DNA of 64,000 nucleotides from Myxococcales bacterium (GTDB lineage Bacteria > Myxococcota_A > Polyangia > Polyangiales > Ga0077539): positions 224,222-288,221 of the forward strand of contig JAUSAZ010000210.1 in assembly GCA_030652255.1 (NCBI GenBank). The letters are read 5' to 3'. Below the pieces are notes generated by a model. That model was not told the DNA's origin. It ran no database searches and saw nothing but the letters and a program-made list of their open reading frames with translations. Position numbers and translations under genes: made by a program. Positions 36,928-50,200 of this stretch are shown here, in pieces. Numbering within the stretch: position 1 is the stretch's first letter; each line of letters starts with the position of its first letter.

Positions 36928-37562
36928 GGGCGCCGTGGCGCGCGCTCGGGCTGGTCGCGCTCGCGGGCTGCAGCGTGGGCGAAGGGAGCGGCGACGTTCG
37001 CGGTCCGATGGACATCGCGGTGTGCGGCATCTCGACCGAGCTCTTCGACCTGCGGCCGACCTTCTTCGGCGGCGACTTCCACGACGGCAGCCTCATCATC
37101 CGCGTGGCCCAGGGCGGAGAGACGGCGGAGTTCAGCGACGAGTTCGTCTGGCGCGTCAACGACACGGCGTACGTCGCGGCGCACCTCAATGAGCGCATCC
37201 CGGTGGGGCCTGCGGGCGTCGCGCCGGTGCAGGCGACCTTCCGGCCCAACGCCTCGTGCGGTCGCATCAACATCTCCCGCTACGCCCCCACCGTGGCGCT
37301 CCAGGCGACGACCGGGTACGTGGTCTTCAGCGCGATCTACCGCGGCGACCCCAACGCCGACGCGACGCTGCGCCTCACCGAGGTCACGCAGTTCTCCATC
37401 CAGCTCCGCGACCCCCGGGTCGTGCGCGACACCAACCCCTCCCGCGACCCGAGCGGGCCCGCCACCCGCGAGCCCCCGGTGCTCGCCGACAGCGTCGGGG
37501 AGTTCGAGGGGTGGTTCCGGTTCTATTTCGTTCGAGGGCGCCCGGCGCAGCGGTTCCAATAA
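36924..37562 (+). CDS. Hypothetical lipoprotein, 212 aa
   Basis: The GTG overlaps the mnmA stop (GTGA). Canonical lipobox LVALAGC. Confidence 0.6.
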   Translation: MRAPWRALGLVALAGCSVGEGSGDVRGPMDIAVCGISTELFDLRPTFFGGDFHDGSLIIRVAQGGETAEFSDEFVWRVNDTAYVAAHLNERIPVGPAGVAPVQATFRPNASCGRINISRYAPTVALQATTGYVVFSAIYRGDPNADATLRLTEVTQFSIQLRDPRVVRDTNPSRDPSGPATREPPVLADSVGEFEGWFRFYFVRGRPAQRFQ

Positions 37563-37564
37563 GA

Positions 37565-38809
37565 ATGAAGCAGCAGGTCATCACCATCGACGCGCTCACC
37601 GCCTCGGGCGAGGGGGTCGCGCGCATCGACGACGCGCTCGTGCGCCTCGACGGCACACTCCCGGGCGAGCGCTGGCGCGTCCGACGCGAACACGGGCAGT
37701 GGGTCCCAGAAGAGCGCGAGGGTGACTCCGACGCGCGGGTCGAGCCGGGCTGCGAGGTCTTCGGGCGCTGCGGCGGGTGCGCCTGGCAGCACGCCGCGCC
37801 CGCGGTGCAGCGCGCTTCAAGGCTCGAGCGCATCCGGCGCGCGCTGCCACCCCCGCTGCGCGAGGTGCCGGTGGAGTACGTCGCGAGCGACGTGGGCTAC
37901 GGCTACCGCACGCGCGCGCGCCTGCACTGGATCACCCCGGGCAAGCACACCTTCCTGGGATTCCTGGCGCGTCGCTCGTCCAGCGTGGTCGACCTCTCTG
38001 GCTGCCCCGTGCTGGTCCCCGCGCTCGACGCCGCGCTCCCTGCGCTGCGCGAGGCGGTGAGCGCGCTGGGCGGCCGCGGGGAGGTGTCCGTCGCGCTGGG
38101 TGAAGGGGGTCGCCCGGTGGCGAGCCTTCGCCCCGAGCGGGCGCTCGACGAGCGGGGCTACGCGGTCGGGCGCGCGCTCCTCGGCCGCGGCTTCGCGGGC
38201 GTCGCGCTCTGGACCCCCGGCGCGACGGCGCCCGCGGTGGAGGGCGACCCCGGGCCCGTGCAGGTGGGCGGCGACGGGCTGCCCCTGCGGGCGGGCATCG
38301 GCGGATTCGGCCAGGCGCACGGCTCGCTCAACGCGGCGCTCGCGGCCCACGTCGAGGCCGAGGCCCAGGCGGCCGACCGATCGCTGGTCGAGCTCTACGC
38401 GGGCGCGGGAAACCTCACGGTGCGCCTCGCGCGCAGCGCCCGCACCGTCACCGCGGTGGAGTCCGACCGCGACGCCGTCGAGGCGCTCCGCGCCAACCTG
38501 GCCGCGCGGGGCATCACGAACGTGAAGGTGCACGAGGAGGCCGTCGAGGCGCGGACGAGGCCCTGGAAGGCCGACGTGGTGGTGCTCGACCCGCCGCGCG
38601 CCGGCGCGAAGGAGGCCAGCGCGCTGCTGGTGGCCTCGCCGGTGCGGCGCATCGTCTACGTCTCGTGCGACCCGGAGAGCCTCGGGCGCGACCTCCACAC
38701 CCTCTCCTCGCGCTACAGCCTCACGCGCCTGGTGGCCTTCGAGATGTTTCCGCAGACCGGGCTCGTCGAGGTCGTGGCGACGCTCGCGCGCGGCACCGGG
38801 GGGCGCTAG
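37565..38809 (+). CDS. 23S rRNA (uracil-5-)-methyltransferase RlmD/RumA family, 414 aa
   Basis: TRAM-like N-terminus, an Fe-S motif (CEVFGRCGGCAWQH), DPPRAG, and YVSCDPESL (catalytic Cys). Confidence 0.85.
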   Translation: MKQQVITIDALTASGEGVARIDDALVRLDGTLPGERWRVRREHGQWVPEEREGDSDARVEPGCEVFGRCGGCAWQHAAPAVQRASRLERIRRALPPPLREVPVEYVASDVGYGYRTRARLHWITPGKHTFLGFLARRSSSVVDLSGCPVLVPALDAALPALREAVSALGGRGEVSVALGEGGRPVASLRPERALDERGYAVGRALLGRGFAGVALWTPGATAPAVEGDPGPVQVGGDGLPLRAGIGGFGQAHGSLNAALAAHVEAEAQAADRSLVELYAGAGNLTVRLARSARTVTAVESDRDAVEALRANLAARGITNVKVHEEAVEARTRPWKADVVVLDPPRAGAKEASALLVASPVRRIVYVSCDPESLGRDLHTLSSRYSLTRLVAFEMFPQTGLVEVVATLARGTGGR

Positions 38810-38818
38810 CCTCCGCCC

Positions 38819-39019
38819 GTGCGCGCCATCGTCGATCAGGAGTTCGCGGCGGAGCGGGCGCGGTACGCGCTGCGGCACGCCTGCGAGGACTGCGTGTTCT
38901 TCGTCGACGAGACGGGGCGCTGCGCCAACGGGTACCCCAACGCGATGCACCGCGACGCGGCCTTCACGGTCGGGGCTCCGGTCGACGGCACCTTCTGCAA
39001 GGACTTCGAGCTTCGGTGA
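38819..39019 (+). CDS. Small four-Cys protein, 66 aa
   Basis: CEDC..x10..C..x25..C pattern. Third-codon positions are strongly G/C by eye. Its stop overlaps the GTG of the next gene (GTGA). Confidence 0.5.
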   Translation: MRAIVDQEFAAERARYALRHACEDCVFFVDETGRCANGYPNAMHRDAAFTVGAPVDGTFCKDFELR

Positions 39020-40026
39020 GCGCGCACGCCTCGGGGGTCGAGCTCGCGCTGCGGCGCGCCCTCGCGTTCGCCGCGCGGCAGAGGCTCTTCGCGCCGGGCG
39101 ACCGCGTGCTGGTGGGCATGGGCTCCGACCCGTCCAGCCTCGGGCTCCTCGGGTTTCTCCTCCATGCGCGCGCGAGCCTCGGCGTGGCCGAGGTCGCCGT
39201 CGCGGCGATCGAGCGCAGGCTCGATGAGGAGTCCGACGACGCAGAGCAGGTGGCCGACCTCGGTCGCCTCGCGCGGCAGCTGGGCTTGACCTTCCACGCC
39301 GTGCGGCCCGCGGTGCGGGGGCGGCGGGTGAGGGTGATCGACGAGCTGCGACGGCTCGCGGTCGAGCAGGGCCACACCCGCGTCGCCCTCGCCCCGACGC
39401 GCGACGACGACGCCGCCCGGGTGCTGTGGGAGCTGCTGCGAGGCCGCGGGTTGACGGCCATCCGGGGGCTCGCGCCGAAGGTCACCGGAAACGTGGTGCG
39501 GCCGCTCCTCGCGCTCGAACGCTCCGAGGCGGCGTCCCTCGCTTCGCTGCTCGGGGTCGAGCTGCCGATGCCGCCGCCCGACGGCCCCGACCCCTCCCGC
39601 GACCGGCTGCTGCCCGCGCTGGAGGCAACCATCCTGCCGCGCCTGCGGGCGCTGACCCCGGGCTCGACCGCGGCGCTCGCGGGCATCGGTCGGGAGTCGC
39701 GTCGCGTCCAGCGGATGTTCGCGCGCGAGGCCGAGGCGCTGGTGCGCGCGTGCGGCGCCGGGCCCGACCCGGCGCAGCTCGAGATCGACGGCGGCGCCTT
39801 CGCTGGGCTGCGCGGACGCTGGGTCGCGCGTGCAGCGCTCCGGTCGTTGTGTCCGACCGCGGACGCGGCGCACCTGCGGCACGACGCACGTGCGCTCGCG
39901 CACGCCGTGCTGCACCCACGCGACCTGGCCCGCGCCGAGGCGCTCGTGCTGCACGGCGCGACCGCGGCGATGGACGGGCGCTCGGGTCGCGTGACGCTGC
40001 GCCGCCGGGTCGTCCGCGGCGCGTGA
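39016..40026 (+). CDS. TilS (tRNA-Ile lysidine synthetase) homolog with a degenerate PP-loop, 336 aa
   Basis: Collinear with E. coli TilS as recalled: ..VALAPTRDDDAARVLWELLRGRGLTAIRGL.. aligns with ..[29 protein letters not shown].., and VVRPLLALERSE with LIRPLLARTRGE. However, SGGxDS is replaced by GMGSDPSS. The gene sits immediately upstream of ftsH. Confidence 0.65.
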   Translation: MSAHASGVELALRRALAFAARQRLFAPGDRVLVGMGSDPSSLGLLGFLLHARASLGVAEVAVAAIERRLDEESDDAEQVADLGRLARQLGLTFHAVRPAVRGRRVRVIDELRRLAVEQGHTRVALAPTRDDDAARVLWELLRGRGLTAIRGLAPKVTGNVVRPLLALERSEAASLASLLGVELPMPPPDGPDPSRDRLLPALEATILPRLRALTPGSTAALAGIGRESRRVQRMFAREAEALVRACGAGPDPAQLEIDGGAFAGLRGRWVARAALRSLCPTADAAHLRHDARALAHAVLHPRDLARAEALVLHGATAAMDGRSGRVTLRRRVVRGA

Positions 40027-40116
40027 GAATGCGCCTCGCGGTCTGGAAAATGCCCTGAGGTCGCTGGCGTCCGGGGATTGGCGATGTAGGCTGCGCCCCA
40101 CACTTAAGAGGTGATC

Positions 40117-42060
<1,944 letters not shown>

Positions 42061-42101
42061 CCTCTCACCCCTCCGTTACCCGCGGTGTCACCCGTACCTG
42101 C

Positions 42102-42992
42102 ATGCCGCGCTCTCCCCTCCATCTCCACGACGTCACCTGGGACTGGTCCCGCCCGTACCTGCTGGGCGTCCTCAACGTCACGCCCGACTCCTTCTCGGAC
42201 GGCGGGCGCTACGTCGGGGTCGACGCCGCGGTCGACCGCGCGGCGGCGATGGTCGCCGATGGGGCGGACGCCCTCGACGTAGGCGGCGAGAGCACCCGAC
42301 CCGGGGCGCCCCCGGTGGGCGAGTCCGAGGAGCTCGCTCGGGTCGTCCCCGTCGTCGAGGCGCTGGCACGGCGCTTCGAGCGCCCGGTGTCCATCGACAC
42401 CACCAAGGCGGCGGTGGCGCGCGCCGCGCTCGCGGCCGGAGCCTCGTTGCTCAACGACGTCGGCACCGGCGATGCCCCGGAGGCGCTCGGGGCGGCGGCG
42501 GCTGAATACCATGCGGTGTATGTCGCGATGCACGCCCGCGGAACCCCCGCGACCATGGGCTCGCTCGCGCGCTACACCGACGTGGTCGCGGAGGTCTGCA
42601 GCGAGCTGGGGGCCCTCGTCGAACGCCTCGTCGCCGCGGGCGTCGAGCGCGGCCGGGTGATCCTCGACCCCGGGCTCGGCTTCGCCAAGACCGGGGCCCA
42701 TTCCCTGGCGTTGCTGGCCGACCTCGCGGCGCTGCGGGCGCTCGGATACCCTGTGTGCGTGGGCCCCTCGCGCAAGAGCTTCATCGTCTCCGACGACGCT
42801 CACCCGGCCGGGTGGGCGCGGGACGACGCCGGCGCCGACGCCCGCCTCGGGGGCACCGCCGCGGCCGTCACCGCCGCGGTGCTCCAGGGCGCCGAGGTGC
42901 TGCGGGTGCACGACGTCGCGGCCATGCGCCAGGCGGCGAGGGTCGCGCACGCGCTCGCGCTGCGCGGCGCGGGGGGCGGCCATGCACGCTGA
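42102..42992 (+). CDS. folP: Dihydropteroate synthase
   Basis: LGVLNVTPDSFSDGG, DVGGESTRPG, DPGLGFAK, VGPSRKSF. Confidence 0.9.
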   Translation: MPRSPLHLHDVTWDWSRPYLLGVLNVTPDSFSDGGRYVGVDAAVDRAAAMVADGADALDVGGESTRPGAPPVGESEELARVVPVVEALARRFERPVSIDTTKAAVARAALAAGASLLNDVGTGDAPEALGAAAAEYHAVYVAMHARGTPATMGSLARYTDVVAEVCSELGALVERLVAAGVERGRVILDPGLGFAKTGAHSLALLADLAALRALGYPVCVGPSRKSFIVSDDAHPAGWARDDAGADARLGGTAAAVTAAVLQGAEVLRVHDVAAMRQAARVAHALALRGAGGGHAR

Positions 42993-43908
42993 GTGGCTGC
43001 GGGTGATCCTCCGGCGGGCGCCGCTCGAGCTGCTGCGCGACGTCGTCGACATCACCGTGGTGGCCTACGCCATCTACCGCATCCTGCTGCTGGTGCGCGG
43101 CACGCGCGCGGCCCAGGTGGGGCAGGGCCTGCTGCTCATCGCGGTGGTCTACGCGATCTCCCAGCGCCTCGAGCTCATCACCACCTACACGCTCCTCGAC
43201 CGCTCGCTGACGTCCTTCCTGGTGTTCGTGGTGGTGATCTTCCAGGCCGACATCCGGCGCGCGCTCATGCGCGTCGGCGATCGGCCGTTCTTCCTGCGCT
43301 GGCGCAAGCCGGTCGACGCGCCCGCCGTCGAGGAGGTCATCGCCGCCGCCGAGGGGCTCGCGAAGCGGCGCATCGGGGCGCTCTTCGTGTTCGAGCGCGA
43401 CGCGAGCGTCGACGACTTCGTCTCGCAGTGCACCATCATCGACGCCGAGCTCTCCACCGCGCTGCTGTTCACGGTGTTCCTGCCCAGCCAGGACAACCCC
43501 CTCCACGACGGTGCAGTGATCATCCGCAACGGCCGCGTCGCCGCTGCCGGCGCGGTGCTCCCGCTCACCAGCAACGGCGGCCTCGACCGGCAGCTCGGCA
43601 CCCGGCACCGCGCGGCGCTCGGCATCTCCGAGGAGACCGACGCCGCGGTGGTGGTCGTGAGCGAGGAGCGCGGCGAGATCTCCCTCTGCTTCAACGGCAA
43701 CATCGTCCGCGGCCTCGACGCGCAGACCGCTCGGCAAGCGCTCTACGGGGTGCTGTACTCCAAGCGCCAGGCCGCGGCCCTGCTGCGCGAGGCGGGGCAG
43801 CCCTCCCGGGACGGGCGCAAGTCGCTGCGTCCGCCGCCGCCGCCGTCGCGCTCCGCAGTGCGCCCGGTGCCCGAGGCCGCCCCCCGGGCGAGCGGAGACG
43901 ATCGGTGA
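42982..43908 (+). CDS. cdaA: Diadenylate cyclase (CdaA/DacA type), 308 aa
   Basis: Three N-terminal TM helices, then the DAC domain: PLHDGAVII, GTRHRAALGISEETDAAVVVVSEERGEISL. It overlaps the folP stop by 11 nt. Confidence 0.9.
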   Translation: MHAEWLRVILRRAPLELLRDVVDITVVAYAIYRILLLVRGTRAAQVGQGLLLIAVVYAISQRLELITTYTLLDRSLTSFLVFVVVIFQADIRRALMRVGDRPFFLRWRKPVDAPAVEEVIAAAEGLAKRRIGALFVFERDASVDDFVSQCTIIDAELSTALLFTVFLPSQDNPLHDGAVIIRNGRVAAAGAVLPLTSNGGLDRQLGTRHRAALGISEETDAAVVVVSEERGEISLCFNGNIVRGLDAQTARQALYGVLYSKRQAAALLREAGQPSRDGRKSLRPPPPPSRSAVRPVPEAAPRASGDDR

Positions 43909-44867
43909 GCCTCGCCTCGCGCCTCTCCGCCGCGCGCGACCTGGTGTTCGAGAACTTCGCGTACAAGCTCGCGTCGCTGGTGATCTCCGTGACGCTGTTC
44001 ATGGTCTTTCGCGGCGCCGGGGCCGTGCAGCGCAGCGTGGACGTCCCCATCACGGCCGTGCTCCCGGCGGCGTACGCGGGCAACGCGGTGCTGGTCACGC
44101 CGCTGCCCGAGCGCGTGCGGCTCACGGTGCGCGGCACGCCCTCGGTGGTCGCGCCGCTGCGGGGCGACGAGATGGGCCCCGTGCAGCTCGACCTGCGCGA
44201 CGGGCGCCGGCGGCGAGTCGACCTCGACCGCGCGCTCATCAACCTCCCTGCGGGCGTGGACTTCGTCGGCTTCACCCCGGCGAGCCTCGACCTCCGCTGG
44301 GACGCACTGGTCACCCGTCCGCTCGCCGTGCGGGCCAGCGTCGTGGGCAGCACCGCGCCGCGCACCCGCCTCGGGGCGGTGACCGTCGAGCCGGCGCAGG
44401 TGCGGGCGCGCGGTCCCTCGGAGGCGCTCGAGGCGCAGGAGTTCGTGCACACCGTCGCGGTCGACGCGTCGGGGCTCTCGCCCGGGCGCTACGAGCGGCG
44501 GGTCGCGCTCGAGTCCCCGCGCAACGGCATCGAGTACGGCGCGGCGCAGGTGCGGGTCACCTTCGACGTCGCGCCGCTGGTGGGCGAGCGCCGCTTCGAG
44601 CGCCTGCCGGTGACCGTGCGCGCCGTCGCGCCGCGGGGCCTGCGCCTCGAGCCGCGGCCCCCGGTGGTGGCCGTGGTGGTCACCGGCGACCCCGAGCTGC
44701 TCGCGGAGCTGCTGCCCGCGCAGATCGTCCCGGTGGCGGAGGCGCCAGAGGCGGTGGCGGGCCGCGGGGTGACCGGGGCGCGGGTGCACATCCTGACGCT
44801 GCGCGACGGGCTGTCCGCCGCGGTCGAGCCCCCGGAGGTGCTGCTGGTGCCGGTGCGCGCGCCGTAG
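43905..44867 (+). CDS. cdaR: YbbR-domain protein (CdaR-like regulator of CdaA), 320 aa
   Basis: The GTG overlaps the cdaA stop (GTGA). N-terminal TM (ENFAYKLASLVISVTLFMVF) followed by repeated YbbR-like beta modules. Confidence 0.65.
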   Translation: MSLASRLSAARDLVFENFAYKLASLVISVTLFMVFRGAGAVQRSVDVPITAVLPAAYAGNAVLVTPLPERVRLTVRGTPSVVAPLRGDEMGPVQLDLRDGRRRRVDLDRALINLPAGVDFVGFTPASLDLRWDALVTRPLAVRASVVGSTAPRTRLGAVTVEPAQVRARGPSEALEAQEFVHTVAVDASGLSPGRYERRVALESPRNGIEYGAAQVRVTFDVAPLVGERRFERLPVTVRAVAPRGLRLEPRPPVVAVVVTGDPELLAELLPAQIVPVAEAPEAVAGRGVTGARVHILTLRDGLSAAVEPPEVLLVPVRAP

Positions 44868-44915
44868 GCTTCGCGCTGGTCCCCGGGCGGGCGCTCCTGC
44901 GGTAAGGTGCGCGCG

Positions 44916-46313
<1,398 letters not shown>

Positions 46314-46315
46314 GC

Positions 46316-47296
46316 GTGCGGGCGCGGCTGATCCTTGGGGGGCTGGTCGCGGCGGTGGCGGCCGGCGGCTGCGATCGCCCGGCGCGGGTCGAGCCGGCGC
46401 CCGACCGGGCCCGGGTGCACGCGGTCTCGGCGGTGGTCCCCGACGCGACGCCGGTGAGCGCCCCGGTGGGTGCCGCGGTGGCGCCCGTCGCTCCGAGCGC
46501 GGCGGCGGACTGGGAGCGCTTCGTGCCTCCCTTCGACGCCCCGACGCTCGCCCACGTCCGCGAGCTCTTCGCGCGCGGCGCGGCGGCCGGGCTGCGCCCC
46601 GATGTCTTCGCGAAGCTGGGCGACAGCATCACCGAGTCCGGGAGCTTCGCGCAGGACATCGGCCACGGATGGTACGAGCTCGGGGCCTTCACGGAGCTCG
46701 AGCCGGTGATCGCGTGGTTCCGTCGGCGCGGCCCGCGGGGGCGCGACGAGAACTCCTTCACCCGCCCGAGCGCGGCGGCCACCGCGGGCTGGGAGTCGGG
46801 GCAGCTCCTCGAGGGCGGCGACCGCTCGCCGGTGGAGCGTGAGCTCCAGGTGATGCGCGGGGCCTTCGCGGTGCTGATGGTCGGCACCAATGACGCGGAG
46901 CGGGGGAGCGCAGCGGTGCTGGCCACCAACCTCGCGGCCATCATCGACCGCGCCGAGCGCCGGGGGGTGATCACCCTGCTCAGCACGATCCCGTCGCACC
47001 ACGGCGCCGAGACCGCCCGCGCCGAGGCCCGGGCCATCAACGGCCGCATCCGCGCCCTCGCGGCGGCGCGGCGCCTGCCGCTCATCGACTACCACGCGGC
47101 GCTCGCGGCGCTGCCCTCCGAAGGGGTCTCGGACGACCGCGTGCACCCGACGGTGTTCGTCGACCACGGGGACACCCGCGCGGCGGTCTTCACCGAGGAG
47201 GGGCTGCGGTACGGCTACAACGTCCGCAACCTCCTGCTACTCATCGGGCTGCGCCGCGCGCTCGACGCGGTCGGCGCGCCCTACGCGTCACGGTGA
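46316..47296 (+). CDS. SGNH/GDSL-type hydrolase, probable lipoprotein, 326 aa
   Basis: Lipobox-like VAAGGC. SGNH blocks FAKLGDSITESG, MVGTNDA, DDRVHP. Confidence 0.7.
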   Translation: MRARLILGGLVAAVAAGGCDRPARVEPAPDRARVHAVSAVVPDATPVSAPVGAAVAPVAPSAAADWERFVPPFDAPTLAHVRELFARGAAAGLRPDVFAKLGDSITESGSFAQDIGHGWYELGAFTELEPVIAWFRRRGPRGRDENSFTRPSAAATAGWESGQLLEGGDRSPVERELQVMRGAFAVLMVGTNDAERGSAAVLATNLAAIIDRAERRGVITLLSTIPSHHGAETARAEARAINGRIRALAAARRLPLIDYHAALAALPSEGVSDDRVHPTVFVDHGDTRAAVFTEEGLRYGYNVRNLLLLIGLRRALDAVGAPYASR

Positions 47297-50200
47297 CCAG
47301 AAGACGTCCGCGGAGCCCGCGCCCCGGCTGCTGCCGCTGGCGGCGAATGTGATCGCCTCGCTGATCGCGTACTCGAACAGCAGGCGGAACTCCGCCGCGA
47401 GGTTGCTCGTCCCGGTGGACGCGGAGCTGGAGCTGCCCGCCGCGGAGTAGGTGGCCTGGATGTAGATCCGCGGGGACAGGTTGACGCCGGCGCCGTAGCG
47501 CCCGCCGCCGGAACCCGTGGTGGTGGGCTCGGCGATGATCGTCGGGAGGAACGCGAACTCCCGGGAGATGCCGCTCGCCACGATGCCCGACACCAGCGAG
47601 ACGATCGCCTGCGCGAACTGCCCCGCGAAGTCGGTGCCCGACGAGCTCGCGGCGGGAGAGCGCCGCCCGAGCGCGATCATCGCGAGGATCTCCGCCTGGC
47701 TGGCGGTGGGGAAGCTCTCCGAGGTGAGCACGATGGTGGGCCGCTGGAGCCGGCCGCTGACGGCGACGGTGATGCGCCCCGCGGAGGGCGAGTCGTGGTG
47801 GGCGGCGATGTCGAGGTCGGGGTTCATCGCCAGGTTGCCGTCGAAGGTGATGCGCACCCGGTCGAGGTCGAACTGCTTGCCGAAGATCGAGTACCAGGAC
47901 TGGTTGCTCGCCTGGTTGACGGTGCCCGAGATCGCGAGGCCCGCGCGGTCCTTGCGAATCCGGAGGTCGGTGCGGATCGCGATGGCGAAGTCCGAGCGGC
48001 GCGCCCACACGGGGGTCTGCGAGTGCACCTCGATCTCGATGGGGTAGTTGCTGACGTCGCCCGGCTGCGCGAGCTGGGTGCGCCCCACGATGAAGACGTT
48101 GGGGTCGGCGCTGAGGTCCTGGAGGTTGTTGGACGGCTGGTCCTGCACGAGGGCGGAGAGCCGCTCGATCTCGATCCGGCCGCGCGCCCCGTCACTGCGG
48201 AAATCCATGTTGAAGTCGACGCTGCCGTCGAGCCACGCCCAGGTGTACCCGGAGAGCACCGCGGGGAGGGTGGTGGCGCGGCCGCTGATGTTCATCTCCA
48301 CGTGGTCGGCGCCGATGGTGGCCCCGCCCTCGGCGTGCAGCCGCCCCCGCCCGAGGGCGAAGTCGATGTGGTCGACGCGCACCCGGGAGTCCCGCGCGTC
48401 GATCAGGAGGTCGAGCTCGCGCATCGGTTCGCCGAGGGAGGTCAGCGTGGCGGTGCCGCCGCGGAGGGCGATCTGGCCGCTCGGTGAGTTCGGGTGCTGG
48501 CCGTCCCAGTGCACCTGCGCCTGGAGCTGGCCCCCGAGGTTCGACGCGAGGTCGTCGGGCACGAAGCGCGAGAGCGTCTCCAGGGGATAGCCCACGGCGA
48601 TGAGGTCGAGCACGGCGCCTGAGCGGTCGGGCTGGACCCGCGGCAGGGTGCCGGTGAAGGGCATCGAGGCGATCACCAGGACGGACTCCGTCGGGGCCTC
48701 GGGCACCGGGCCGTCGGGCGAGCAGTCGGGCGGGGCTGCGGCCGTGGTCGCGATCGCGCAGGTGCGGAGCTGCAGCCGGCCGCGCTCGTTGCGCATCGCA
48801 GCGTGGATGCGCGCGCGCACCGAGGGCGCCACGTAGGACTGCGCCTGGAGGGACTCCGGCAGGCGGGCGCGGAAATCGCTCACCGTCACGTCGGCGGTGA
48901 CGGGCTGCCGGGGGTCGTCGGTGGCGAGCAGGCGCACGGCGACCCGCCCCTCCAGGCCGCGCTCGCGCGCCCAGCGGATGCGCTCGATGCGGAGATTCTC
49001 CGTGTCGACGTCGAAGCGGTCCCAGGAGAGCCCGCCGGAGCCGCGGGCGCTGAGGTCGGCGACGCGGGTGGAGAGCCGGATGTCCGCCTCCAGGCGGGCC
49101 TGCTGGTCGCGGGTGGTGTTGGGCGAGGTCAGGCCACGGACGTTGAGGTTCACCGCCCAGGCGTCGAGGAGCGTGCCGCCCTCGCGGGGCGCGATGGCCG
49201 CGAAGATGTCGGCGCGCACGGGCTCGTCGAGGCCGACGATCGGCAGCGTGGGCGCGCTGCCCTCGACCTCGACCTCGACGCTGGGCACGAGGAAGCTCCC
49301 GGTCGCGCGCACCTCGGCGTGGAGCATCGTCCCCGCGGGCACGTCCGGCGGCCGGATGAAGCGCGGCGTGCCGTCGGCCTGGGGGATCGCCACGGTGCGC
49401 AGCGGCCACTCGCTGCGCAGGATGGGCCCGAGGGAGAGGCGCGCGTCGGTGCTGGCCGCGGCGAGGGCGGCGCGCAGGCGGCCGGGGAGCGGGGCGTCCC
49501 GCAGCTGGAGGGCCTCGCGCACGGCCACGAGCGCGGTCTGCCAGGGCCCCCGGAGCGTGACGTCGGTGGCAACCAGGGTGCGCGGCATCAGCGGTTCGTC
49601 ATCGCAGCCGGGCGGCGGCCCGGGCGAGGGCTCATCGAAGTCACGCGCGAGCGCGAGGCGCAGGCGGGGGGAGATGTCGTCGGGACGGAGCGAGGCGAGC
49701 GACGCGCAGAGCACCCCGCGCACCCACATCGGCTCGACCGCGGGGACCATCCGCGGCGCCCGCCCGAGCAGCGAGGGGATGCCCACGCCTACGACGAGCC
49801 CGCGCCCCTCGACCCCGACGGTGCCCGCGAGCGGGGCCGCCGCCGTGGGGCGCGAGACGTTCGCGGTCAGCACGAGCCGGCCCTGCATGCGCAGCGTGCG
49901 GGGCAGGGCCGCCGCGAGCAGGGGAAAGTTGCCGAGGTCGGCGATCTCCCCGCGCGCCGAGATCGTGCGTAGCCCGCGCGCCCACGCGTCGGGGTCGCTC
50001 CACGCGCGCACCGGGGGCGTGATGGCCTCCAGGGTCACCGTCGCGGCCTCCGGGGAGCCCGGCGGGGTGAGGGCGGCGTTGATGCGGGCGACGAGCTCGC
50101 GGTCGCGGCGGGTCAGCGAGAGGTCGGCGGTGACGACGCCGAGGCCCGGCACCGTGAGCGCGCGCAGCGTGAGCGCCCCTTCGCTGCGGACGACGTTGGC

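Noticed and set aside
40111-40116. The track's GTG at 40111 as the ftsH start
   Set aside because: The AAGAGG SD ends at 40111, leaving no spacer. The in-frame GTG at 40117 has a 5-nt spacing. This is a minor change of two codons, and either start remains possible.
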